The position numbers and the translations under genes were made by a program. A stretch of DNA of 61,759 nt, counting the filler, from Choristocarpus tenellus KU-1152 (taxonomy: Eukaryota > Protista > Phaeophyceae): assembly GCA_964200185.2 (NCBI GenBank). It is 11 parts of 11 records of this genome, joined end to end, with 100 filler letters (N's around TTAATTAATTAA, not from the genome) between each part and the next. Parts side by side here need not be neighbours in the genome. Positions count along the whole stretch, not along the records: positions 49,368 to 55,696 come from CAXNAD020008375.1; positions 55,797 to 58,778 come from CAXNAD020023178.1; positions 58,879 to 61,759 come from CAXNAD020023959.1; 8 more parts are not named here. One strand, given 5' to 3'. Shown here piece after piece: positions 51,912 to 61,759 of the stretch. A model generated the notes under the pieces. The model did not search any database and was not told the origin of the DNA. It was given only the letters and a program-made list of their open reading frames with translations. Within the stretch, counting starts at the first letter, position 1; the number at the start of each line of letters is the position of its first letter.

Positions 51912-53872
51912 GCTGATCCAGAGGGTGGCCCCCAAGAGCTACGCCCAAGCTCAGGGGGAGGTGGTGGTCACGAGAAAGTTCCTGGAAAATTTTTCAGGCA
52001 CGGAATGCGTCGATGCCAAGTTCGGTGTGAATTTGAACAACCCGTGTCAAGGTTCAATGCCTACCATACCATGAACTTTTTGAAGCAATTTATATTGTAG
52101 TCTCCGGCAGCTTGAAGCTTCAGAACGTACATGGCTCTACAATGAGCAGCCAAGTCCTTTCTTGGTCTCCATCTCCGCCTTGAAAGCTATGTTCGGAAGA
52201 GCTCTTTGCAAGGGTTAGGGTTTGAACTTCCCGTTTATTGATTGTTTTTGATTTTGGTAGCGAAGGCGTGTGCAGTGAAGTAGTGTTTTGATTTGTCTCA
52301 CACAGGGGATACTGTTGCTTGGTTCTAATTTTTATTCTTCTTCTTTCAACTGTATGTTTTTTGGACGGGGGGGGGCTGGTTGTTATCTTATTTTGTTTGT
52401 TATCTTGACAGGTGACAATGTTCGTTTTCTCGCTCAGTCTTTCAGCGTCCCAGGGGATCACCATGGACAGGCATCTGCTGGTTACCGCTGGCCATATGGA
52501 CCGGTTGCTGTGGTTAGTCCTTTCAATTTCCCCCTTGGTGAGAAGCTATGCATTGAAACACGATTTCAACAGAGGTTTCAAATGGCAGTATTTGATCAAA
52601 TGGCAGTTTTGATCCCCTGTATCTGGTTATGTTCTATTCCTTTTTTCTCCACCCTGTACTAGTTACTGTACTTGGCGTTACTGTTGCTTGTACTTGGTCC
52701 TGTACTCTTCCTTATTCCTTGACCTTGCTCTAGTTGTTTGTTAAGCTGTCCTTGACGGTCTGTTGTCCCACACAACCAGTTTATTTTATAGTTTATTAGC
52801 TTGTATCACAGTTGAGAAGAGAGTGAGACACCATCACTAGATGGGGCTCACCAAGCCTTACAGTAAATGACTCAGAATACCAAATGACTCAACAGTTCTC
52901 TAGCACAGGTCAGAAACACTCCGACTCTAACATTCTGCCAATTGCTTCTGGTGAAGTACCCTAACCCTAAATGTCCTTGATGTCCCACATCATCGTCTGT
53001 ACGTATATAAAATGTTAATTCAAATCATATTCTCACAAATGGTCAAGCATAATTTTGACATTGTTGTACTTGGTCCTGTACTCTTCCTCACTTCTGGACC
53101 TTGCACTTGACCTTGTACCCCTCCTTGTTCTGAACCCTGTACTCAAACTTGTGTTCTTGCTAATAATCAACCTTGCACTTGACCTTGTACCCTACCTTCT
53201 ATTTCTTCTTGTGCTGGTACACTTGTACTTCTATTGTACTTCTATTGTACCTATATTGGGTGTTCTAGATCTTCCTTCCGTTTGATCGTGTCCTCTACTT
53301 CATGCTTGATCTTATACACAACCTTGTACTGGTCCCTATTATCAACCTCGTGCTCCAACTACAGCAATGATTTTTGATATCCAGCTACAGTAGCCCTGGA
53401 TCTCTTAGGGGGCTGTTGGTCCTTGTAATGAAAGTTCTCTGGAGCCATGGCTCGAGTTATGAAAATAGTTCATTGTACTCCAGGAAGTTAAATGAGAAGA
53501 AGGGGATGTGGTTAGAAGACCTAGTTTTGTACGTCAATATTAGTAGTTTTGTACGCCTATATGTTGTACCTACTGCAGCTGTAGTTTTTTCACAAACAGC
53601 ACATGCGCCTTACACAGAATTTTGAACATCTTGTCCTCTCAAGTGCTAGATTAGGGTTTAGGGTTAGGGAAGCTAGAACAACAACCTTGACCTCGAAATG
53701 CTGTTATATTTGTAGGAAATGTATATATTTATGTTCAACACAATCCTTGTACGTAAAATGCGCTCTAACCCTAACCCTTCAAAATGAAAACTGTTGAACA
53801 GAAATCCCTATGCTTCAGGTGATGGGTGCCTTGTACATGGGGAATAAAGTAATCTTCAAGACGGATTCCAAG
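51912..53872 (+). CDS. ALDH12A1: Delta-1-pyrroline-5-carboxylate dehydrogenase (ALDH12 family), internal exons 51912-51997, 52412-52537, 53802-53872
   Basis: LIQRVAPKSYAQAQGEVVVTRKFLENFS|GDNVRFLAQSFSVPGDHHGQASAGYRWPYGPVAVVSPFNFPL|EIPMLQVMGALYMGNKVIFKTDSK is typical of plant/algal P5CDH. Two of the three donors are GC. Confidence 0.92.
53055..53350. repeat. Degenerate pyrimidine-rich short tandem repeat (CCTTG(T/C)ACTT-like units); related patch at 52665-52730
   Basis: Recurrent CTTGTACTTGGTCCTGTACTCTTCCT and CCTTGCACTTGACCTTGTACCC. The Leu-rich ORF 53055-53285 is a by-product. Confidence 0.7.
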
Positions 53873-54849
53873 GCAAGAATATTGTTAATGAACCTTCCCT
53901 TTATGATGTGAATTTACTTAGCATTAATTTTAATATTACTCAGAGTCAAAGTGAACAAGAGGTACCCTATCCCTGAACTTAAGGATGACCAACATGAGCA
54001 AAACTCGGCTTTTTGTACAGATGAGTACGGTAAGTTTTGTCCCTTTTGTGGAAGAGTTTCAAACAACAAAGAAAGTAACGCTTTCAAGTCAAACTTAGCA
54101 CTTCATCAGCAGAAATAAATGCGGGTGAATTTCAAACGATTGAAATGCAACATGGCCAACACCTGGGTACCTCTTGTTTACTTTTGGTCTCAGTTCATGC
54201 AAGAATCTTTGTGTGCAATGATTACCTCCTCCAAATGCTTTACGTAAGTATGGGGTAGACTCTCTAAACTTGATCCCCTTCTTTTTTATACACAAAAGCA
54301 AAAAATCGTTTAAAGGTATGTGATCACCTTTCCTCAACCATAGATGTGGAAGTAACACCACTGTTCCCTAATACTTTCAGATTGTCAGTTGTGTGTATCC
54401 ATCATCTACTGTTGAGAATATAGTGAGCTAGCCTTTCCCATGGGGGCGGGCAAGCATCCTTAGCTATGTTTGTTATGAACTTGGACGTGTCAAGCGACTC
54501 CTCATGCCGTATCGGAATGTTGCTTCTACTTACATAACATACTGAAATGTACCAACAACAGGCTTTATGTGTTGTGTATCTATTCTTACTTCTTATTACC
54601 CATAATAATTTGTGACAAATTTACAACACCGATTGCGCCACTCACTATCACGCCAAGAGTCACAGCACAATGTACTATCCATTGTTTGGCGCACTTCCTT
54701 GCTCTTTGCTCATGGTTTCACAACAACATCACTATCTATTTCTTGTCTTAATACACTCTCCTATTGATCCCAACATGCGACGGATTTACATCTTTCAGTC
54801 CTGATTCACAGAGTCCATAGTGACCTTTCTCCAAAAAGAAACACAAATC

Positions 54850-54890
54850 TACCCTAACCCTAACCCTAACCCTAACCCTAACTCTAACTC
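54850..54890 (-). repeat. Interstitial telomeric repeat (CCCTAA)5 plus degenerate units
   Basis: ACCCTAACCCTAACCCTAACCCTAACCCTAACTCTAACTC. Confidence 0.92.
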
Positions 54891-56786
54891 TTTTTAAGGT
54901 TGTCCTGCCTACTAATCGTGTCTGTTAGACTTGGGACTCCATCCTACGGCCACCTGTCAACAACTAGTCAAATGTCCACACTTGATTCATTCATCCTACC
55001 CGCTCCCCAACAATCCGCTTGAGCTGAAATTTTAGAGACAATGGGAATCTTCCTTCCTATTCTAGAGTTCTACATTTCAAACATTCAAGTCGCTCAACAG
55101 GGGTCATGTCATCATCCGAGTTGTCATTGCCAAAGAAAAAAAAGAAATAAAAGAAAAAATACGCTGGTCCCAATATGACCCAAACCAAGTCTGTCTAATT
55201 GCATGGTGCTTTCCTTGATCTATGACTGGAGAATGGTTCTCTTGTCCATTCACAAGTCGTTCACCAAATGGTAGTCCTCCATCCCCTGTTGGTGTATGTG
55301 TGATGCATGTGAGATTAACATGGAGCCAGAACATTTGAGAGATAGGGTTAGGGTTGCATTTTAAGGATACTGAGAAGGGGCAAAAAGGCGCTATTCTGCC
55401 GTGTTGAAGGAATAACCTTTGCTTAATTGTGGTTTCACTTGTGTGTGTGGAAAGGGGGATTGTCAAGTTGGTGTGTGTGCTATTGTGCAAATAAGACAAT
55501 GAAGTAGAGTGGTATTGGACAAGGTAAGAAAGATGGCTTAGAATGTAAAAGAGTCCGAGCCTGCCTACCTCTATAATGGTTTGGCTCATATCATTCCAAG
55601 AGTAAATGTCCTGCATCAGCACACTATCTCCTGCGTCTCCTCTTGATCATCCTCCTCATCCTCCTCTGAATCAGACCCAAAGGATCTGGGGGGGGTNNNN
55701 NNNNNNNNNNNNNNNNNNNNNNNNNNNNNNNNNNNNNNNNTTAATTAATTAANNNNNNNNNNNNNNNNNNNNNNNNNNNNNNNNNNNNNNNNNNNNCAAC
55801 GCGGGGGGAGACGTAGGCGACACAAGTCACCCCCTTGCTGTGGAAGCAACTGGCATGGCGTTTTCGGTCAACAGGCAGTCTTGGGCAGTGAGAAGGTGTA
55901 GGAGTGATTAGATTCGAAGACGAGCGTACGAACTTTGTTTGAGCCTTGAGCGATCGGTGGGACCACCCTGAGATCCATGATCCTGAAATTCCGTTCGTTA
56001 CATTGTTTGGAAGTTGTAGATCAGATTATATCCGTGATTTCTATTTTTAATAAATCCAATTATATCAGTGATTTGTATTTTTTAAGACACCAATCACATA
56101 CTTAATTGATCTTGTCCAATTTACAGTAACCAAAACGTCAAAAAACAACTGTAACCCTCTACGTATTTGAAGTTCAAAATCTTACCAAATCGGACAATGG
56201 AATGTCATAAAATGTTGAGGCGATAAAAAGTGGTTCTTTAGGTAAAACTGATCAGTGCGGATCTAGAATATCTAAAGATCCACTTTACACGTGCGTTAGG
56301 TTTTTTTTTATAGTAAATCCAGTAATAACCGTTCTTAGGGTTTTTAAAAATACCAAGAACGCACTTTATGGGTCTCACACGTTTCCAATTTTCAGAAACT
56401 AAAAGGACACTTCCAACTGGTACCCACTATTTATTTTAATACTAAAGACGCCAAAAAGCGGATTTAGTATTTAAATAAACATTAGAAACCACAAAAAAGT
56501 GCATCTATGGTATGGTATTCAAGATCCGCGCGAATATTGTTTACCGTTGAACACCCAAAACACGTGCGTTAGGGCTTTTCCAAAATTAGAATGATATTCT
56601 AATCTTTACATCAAGAAATACAGATACAAACCACATCCTTCGTTGATCTAAAACGTTTGAAACATACGAAACGAAAAGGTCGCAAAAAAACAGGTACTCT
56701 CTGTCCCAGTTCAATTCATTCCCTTCTGTAGATACCACGCAGACCTCTTACTTATCCATCCCCATCACACCCTCCCAATCTTCGCC

Positions 56787-57224
56787 ATGTCCAACATTCC
56801 CTCAACAACAACCCACCCGCCCGCCGATGGCGCTGCCCACAGATCGAGAACGTGGGACTTAACTCTGAAGGGCATGTCCCAGCTCCTAGAGCATCACTTC
56901 CTCGGATCATACAAGATGAAACTCACAAACGTCACATGCACAGAGATGGTGCATCCTTTAAGCGAGCGTGACCTTGCGCACGCGAGTAAGTCTATAAAGG
57001 AGAAAGGTTGGCTGGAGCAGTTTGCTCCAAGTGTTGTCATCCAGCGAGACTGTTTAGGAATGTGGATCAGCTCAAAGCCGAAACTGCGCTTGCCATTGAA
57101 GGGCGTATATTGGATGGAAACCATAGAATAACGGTGCTGAAGAGAGAGTTTGATCCCGAGCGCGCTTTCACCATGCGGATCTACATGGAGTTCAACCAAG
57201 CAGAAGAGAGGCTAATTGCCAATG
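56787..57224 (+). pseudogene. ParB/sulfiredoxin-like N-terminal domain gene, exon 1, with a 1-nt frameshift near 57058
   Basis: Joining ORFs 56787 and 57008 gives VHPLSERDLAHASKSIKEKGWLEQFAPSVVI...RILDGNHRITVLK...EERLIANG|gtggg, matching the ParBc pattern (SIxxxG, PxxV, DGxHR). Confidence 0.65.
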
Positions 57225-57234
57225 GTGGGTGATG

Positions 57235-57466
57235 GAGTGTTTTCGTCGTTCCATAATCGCCTGACCGTTCTGATCAACTAAGCAATAAAGTAAGTTGAGT
57301 GTTCTCGTTGATCCATGTTCGCCTGATGACTATTACCATCAAGTAAGCAACAAAGTAAGTTGATAATCATGACGTTGCTCCATGATCGCCTAACCATTCT
57401 GATCAACTAAGCACCGAAGTAAGTTGAGTGTTTTCGTTGTTCCATGATCGCATGATGACTATTCTG
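57235..57466. repeat. Four diverged ~62-65-bp tandem units (ABAB higher order)
   Basis: Units start at 57235, 57297, 57362 and 57426; shared CGTTGxTCCATGATCGC and TAAGCAxxxAAGTAAGTT. Confidence 0.85.
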
Positions 57467-58007
57467 ATATACGAAATTGTTGCCGAGTTTCCCTTGCTAT
57501 GTTCATTGTCAGTCAGTCCATTGTGGATCTTTTCGTTGTTCATCTTTTTCTGATGTTACTCGTCTTCACTACAATATTTTTGCCATATTTACTTCTATTA
57601 TTACTTAATTTCCTATTGTTTGCATGTTTTGCATTGGTTATTTGCCTTGCGTTCCACACTCATTGTACTATTATAATGTTAGTGGTATGAGATTTCATGA
57701 ATCCCTACGATAACTACTTGTGTGATGTTATTGTCAAGTTTGACACATGCCGGACCCACGCGCTCTCTCCCGCCTTCTATTCATTCAGAGGCTCTTATGG
57801 CGTCGAAGGTGGGCTTGATTGTGGAGGATCATCCCCTAACCTTAATATACAAGACGAGGGGGGGGGGATCGTTAAACAGTAACAGAACGAGCTGGGTGAC
57901 GGTTCAGGGGCGTCAATCCATCCCACAAGTTTGTTTCCCGAATCGGTACGTTAAGCGTCAAAACGCACCAAGAGTGTGTTGCCCTGTATCGGAACGTTAC
58001 TTGTACA

Positions 58008-58262
58008 TTGCGACATGATGAATCCGTGTGCAATACAATATACTCCATAGGAATAATTGACGAACTGCCCTCCTATGATAGGTACACGAATGCTGGGGAC
58101 ACCGTCGTCTCCTACAGTGCAGAGAAGCACAATGTGGTGGAGGCGGACCTTGAACGGAGCAGGAGGGTGGAGGTGTTCGTGTCCAACGCGGCGTCAAAGG
58201 ATGAGGTGAAAGAGAAGATGGACACGCCCTTCGGCCAAGCCTACAAGGACGGCAAGTGGAAG
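58008..58262 (+). CDS. Probable downstream exon(s) of the same unidentified gene or element
   Basis: CpG-rich coding-like ORF (DELPSYDRYTNAGDTVVSYS...FGQAYKDGKWK) ending in donor AAG|GTAAGA. Confidence 0.4.
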
Positions 58263-59379
58263 GTAAGAAGGGTGTGTTGGCTTTTTTTTTCCATTGCTTT
58301 CCAACTTGTTGTCTGTCTTCGTTCCCTATTGATAGATCTCGGGCGTGCAATTGTACTAGTGATGTTTCCTTGTAGATGTTCACACATTCACACATGATTG
58401 ACCAACGGCAAACAGAGGATACGGGAGTGTTTTTCGTTGATGATGTCTCGTTCGTCCAGTATTTAGTTCAAGCAGGTTGTTCGTGTATCTCTTTAATTCT
58501 CGGTAATATGCTTACGAGAGTCGGCGCCCATTATTGCTTCGGGTGACGTGCAGAACTTCGCGCGGTGGCAGGGGGAGGAGGGGTACAACGAATGAGCAGC
58601 AAATATATAAACCTGAAGTTTTATTTTATTTTATATGCTGGAAGATTTTTTAAAACTATTTTTTAGCCCTGGGCTGTTGTGGCCTTATTCTCCCTCTCCT
58701 TGTTCTTCTCTTGCGATGTATTACAAGTCCAACAACTTGCACGAGAAAATAGATAAATGCAGATCGGCGTATCGGACANNNNNNNNNNNNNNNNNNNNNN
58801 NNNNNNNNNNNNNNNNNNNNNNTTAATTAATTAANNNNNNNNNNNNNNNNNNNNNNNNNNNNNNNNNNNNNNNNNNNNCAAGATACTTTGACCCATGCAA
58901 TTCGGGTATGTATGAAATTAAAAGCTGTAATATAGGCATCCTGGAGGTGGACCACACAAAACAGGATAAGCCGGACACAGGTGTTGGGGTACAGCACCTC
59001 TCACAATATGATCATGGTGAGAGCTCACCCCTGCCCAAAGAGGCTCATATAGCATGGGGTTCGCCAAAAATGAATCCCTTGTAATGTGTAGTAGGAGATC
59101 AGTTGCTTGTTGCTGGTGGGGTGGTGGAATTCTTGCCTCCTGAACATAAGGTGACTCAACCAAACAATAATGGCGGTTCAATGGGGAGAGTGGAGGATTC
59201 AATGACCCTTTGAAGTGTAGGAAATTGCACCAGACCTTCATCAAATATACCCCTTGCTGCTACTCCTGTGCTTCTGTACGCAAGATCAAACAAACGCTTG
59301 AACAGGGCTCGTTGTCTCACAAAATACCAGCAATGGCACCTTAGCCAGATATTTTGTATGCATATAGAACCCTAACTTC

Positions 59380-60500
59380 CCTCAGACCTTCCTGGCCCTC
59401 ACCTCCTCCCTCGACTATGCTCTTCTCCTTAAGAATATCACCACACCAAAATCCATCCTCGGCAGCATTCCTTCTATGATCCTGCTCACCATCCTCTCCT
59501 ACCCTGTACCTCTTCGTATCCTGTTACGCAGGCCCTCCTTTTACCTATGATTATTTGAAGGCTTGCGGCCCCTCTTCCTCTTGTGGTTTTGTGTTTCCAT
59601 CCCTACTACATCACATTTTGTTGAGTTAATAGAGATGGAGGCGAAAACATGCAAGAGGAAGGAAAGCAGCAGGCCCCTAAAGATTGAAAGGCGAAAACGG
59701 GCCTGTAGAACAGGACACCAAGTGGGAGCAGCATAGGTGGGAGCGGTGGGTAGGAGCAACAAACGAATGCTTGCAGGGACTCTCACCAATATCGTGGCTC
59801 GGAGGACAAAGGGTGTTGAGGAAGGAGGGTAGGGGCAGGAAGGCCTGAGGGAGGATGTGTGTTGGTGATGGAAGTGGGATGAGGTTCGACCCCACAGACC
59901 GTGTGGAACACAAGACTTACCTTCTGCTCTGGACCAGGCGCATCTATGTATACTTAAGTATGATGCAGGGGGATATGTTTGTAGGAGAAACACAATTGGT
60001 GGTGATTTCATGAGGTTGAACCTACAATAACATCTGAAAACCATTGATCATCTAACCTTCTGACCCTCTGCCAGCAAAGGTATCCACCTGCTGAACAGTT
60101 TTACAGATTGGGCTATAATATTCTTCTCCACCAGTGTAAAGTGTTATGAAATATACAAAACACCCCCCCTGCATCATACTTAAGTATAAATAGACGCACC
60201 GGGTCCAGTGCAGATGGCAAAGTCATGCGTTGGACACGGTTAGTGGGGTCCAACCTCATCCTACTTCCATCACCAACACATATCTTCACTCATTCCTTCC
60301 TGGCCCTCCCCTCCTCCCTCGACACTGTCCTCCAATCACCACATTAGTTAGAGTCCTCACATACATTTGCTTGTCGTTCTTGACCACCGCCCCCTCCTCC
60401 TCCCCTCCTCCCACTCTTTGCCCTCCCCTATGGACCCTTATTCCTTCTTTGCTTCTTCCATCCCCCTATCGCATGGTACTCTGTTGAGTTAGTAGAGACG
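59380..60500. repeat. Three copies of an interspersed repeat; 59760-59985 (-) and 60150-60400 (+) form an inverted pair, and 59380-59640 is a direct copy of 60290-60500
   Basis: TATACTTAAGTATGATGCAGGGGG vs CCCCCCTGCATCATACTTAAGTATA; CCTTCCTGGCCCTC.CCTCCTCCCTCGAC and TGTTGAGTTA.TAGAGA are shared. Confidence 0.8.
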
Positions 60501-61578
60501 AAAAGATACAAGAAGAGGGGCCACAGACTCCTAAAGTGGCAATGGAGATTTAGGTTCTGCCTGGATTTCATTGTGTAATTTGACACTTCATTGAGCTCTC
60601 ATTTTCTTGCGCTCAAGTAGTCTGGGATCAAGGCTCAAGTGCTTTTCTATTTTCAAATGGCCAAGAATCTCAGAAACAACAGTTGGAAAAAATAACTGGC
60701 AGTGCAAATGTCGCAGTTGGGAAATGCTTTTCTGTTGCTTAGACCAGGACTCTTCCTGCCTTTGACTGTAACAGGCACACCTCAAGGCAAGAGAACATAG
60801 TCCATTTTTTCTCCTTGGCATACTATAAAGCAAGGTATTCCTCTACGCTAAAGCAATCTCGGATCATCTCCTTCCTTTGAGTGTGTAGGCAGCTGTAGTA
60901 CTACCCAATAATTGGATTCAACAACTATGGTGAAATTCACATAGTCTAGGATATAATGTACTTCAAAGAGGAATACCATAATCCAAACTGACTCAAGAAC
61001 GCCCAGGAAAAAAAAAAGCTTTCCAAGCTACTAGGGTTGGTGATACACACGATTATGTGTAGGTTAGCCTAGGCCTGAGAATATCTTCACACCCCATCTT
61101 TCTACTTCAACAAATGTGGTACGATCAACACATTGATGAACTACATCGACAAGAGAAAGTACCTAACAACTCATGCTAAACAAAGGATTACTTCAAGAGA
61201 TAAACATGTTACACTATGATAGCAAAAAGTACAACATACTACTCCGAGTACATCAAATGTAAATCTGACCCCTCTGCAATTAGGTAGCCAGGAGAGCTTG
61301 TTGCATGTATTGTTGTCTTTACATCCTATTTTTATAGGCGTGCAGGCACAGGGGAACAGTATCTGGTTTATTGATGTGATTATCGAACTCGTATGACTGC
61401 TACATATATTCAGGTGCTGTAATTCCATACATTTCACATTGCAGACAAAGTTGCTGTGTGTCTGACCATTTATAGTGCAGGCTATCAGCTAATTGCATTG
61501 GGATTATTGCAAGAGGATACGCAGAACTATGCAGAGGATCAACCCACATTGAAATATTCCTGTTTGATATTAAGTTGT

Positions 61579-61759
61579 GACCCAAAGTATCTGTGGGGGG
61601 GGGGAGTGGGGTCTACACCATGTTGTTCATTTGGACAAAATCAGGAAAAATGCATTTACATTATCCATCCGACGTATGAAACCAAATCACCCCAAAATCG
61701 CGACATGAAAAAATTGACTCCAAATGGACAGCCACCACTCCCCCCCCCCCAGATACTTT
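61579..61759 (-). mobile_element. MITE family B2 copy, cut by window end
   Basis: GACCCAAAGTATCTGTGGGG ... CCCCAGATACTTT; reverse complement of 34648-34826. Confidence 0.9.

Noticed and set aside
54850-54890. A true chromosome end
   Set aside because: Only about five perfect units, with unique sequence on both sides.
55945-55995. Resemblance to the 5' half of bacterial 5S rRNA (GCG..CGGTGGGACCACCCTGA..CCATG)
   Set aside because: Needs several gaps and the 3' half is absent; probably chance.
57235-57466. ~63-bp periodic array as a CRISPR array
   Set aside because: Whole units are homologous (ABAB), with no constant-repeat/unique-spacer structure.
8636-58878. Regularly recurring TTAATTAATTAA flanked by Ns, as a biological repeat
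   Set aside because: Identical 100-bp artificial contig spacers; gene neighbourhoods across them are not meaningful.
60560-61560. Possible decayed transposase (Cys-rich CLQC...VPLC segment on the minus strand)
   Set aside because: Too degenerate to assign by eye; no catalytic motifs found.

Overview
Eukaryotic nuclear DNA, intron-rich and repeat-rich. It is most likely from a photosynthetic, flagellated stramenopile such as a brown alga or relative (inference from IFT172, a plastid-type ABC1 kinase, ALDH12 and TTAGGG repeats). The window is not contiguous: 11 contigs are joined by ten artificial 100-bp spacers (N44-TTAATTAATTAA-N44), so adjacency across spacers has no biological meaning. Recognisable spliced genes: CWC15 (complete), TRM1 (complete), the last exons of an ABC1K9-like kinase, the C-terminal part of IFT172, the 5' end of an ankyrin protein, a complete ankyrin plus FN3-like protein divergent from a METTL13/EEF1AKMT4-like methyltransferase, and three internal exons of ALDH12A1 (P5CDH). 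Intergenic and intronic DNA holds decayed Ty3/gypsy and Ty1/copia elements, several MITE families that share a CAAAGTATCT terminal core and 4-bp TSDs (Sola2-like), minisatellites and interstitial telomeric repeats. Main observations: (1) a ~410-bp AT-rich bacterial chimera (brnQ fragment plus a Rickettsiales-type SPFH fragment) among LTR-element debris; (2) a frameshifted, intron-containing ParB/Srx-like (DGNHR) gene in a transposon-like contig; (3) telomeric TTAGGG dimers inside MITE TIRs; (4) frequent GC-AG introns; (5) CpG-island-like 5' ends against a CpG-depleted background. All family assignments come from motif recognition by eye, not database searches.
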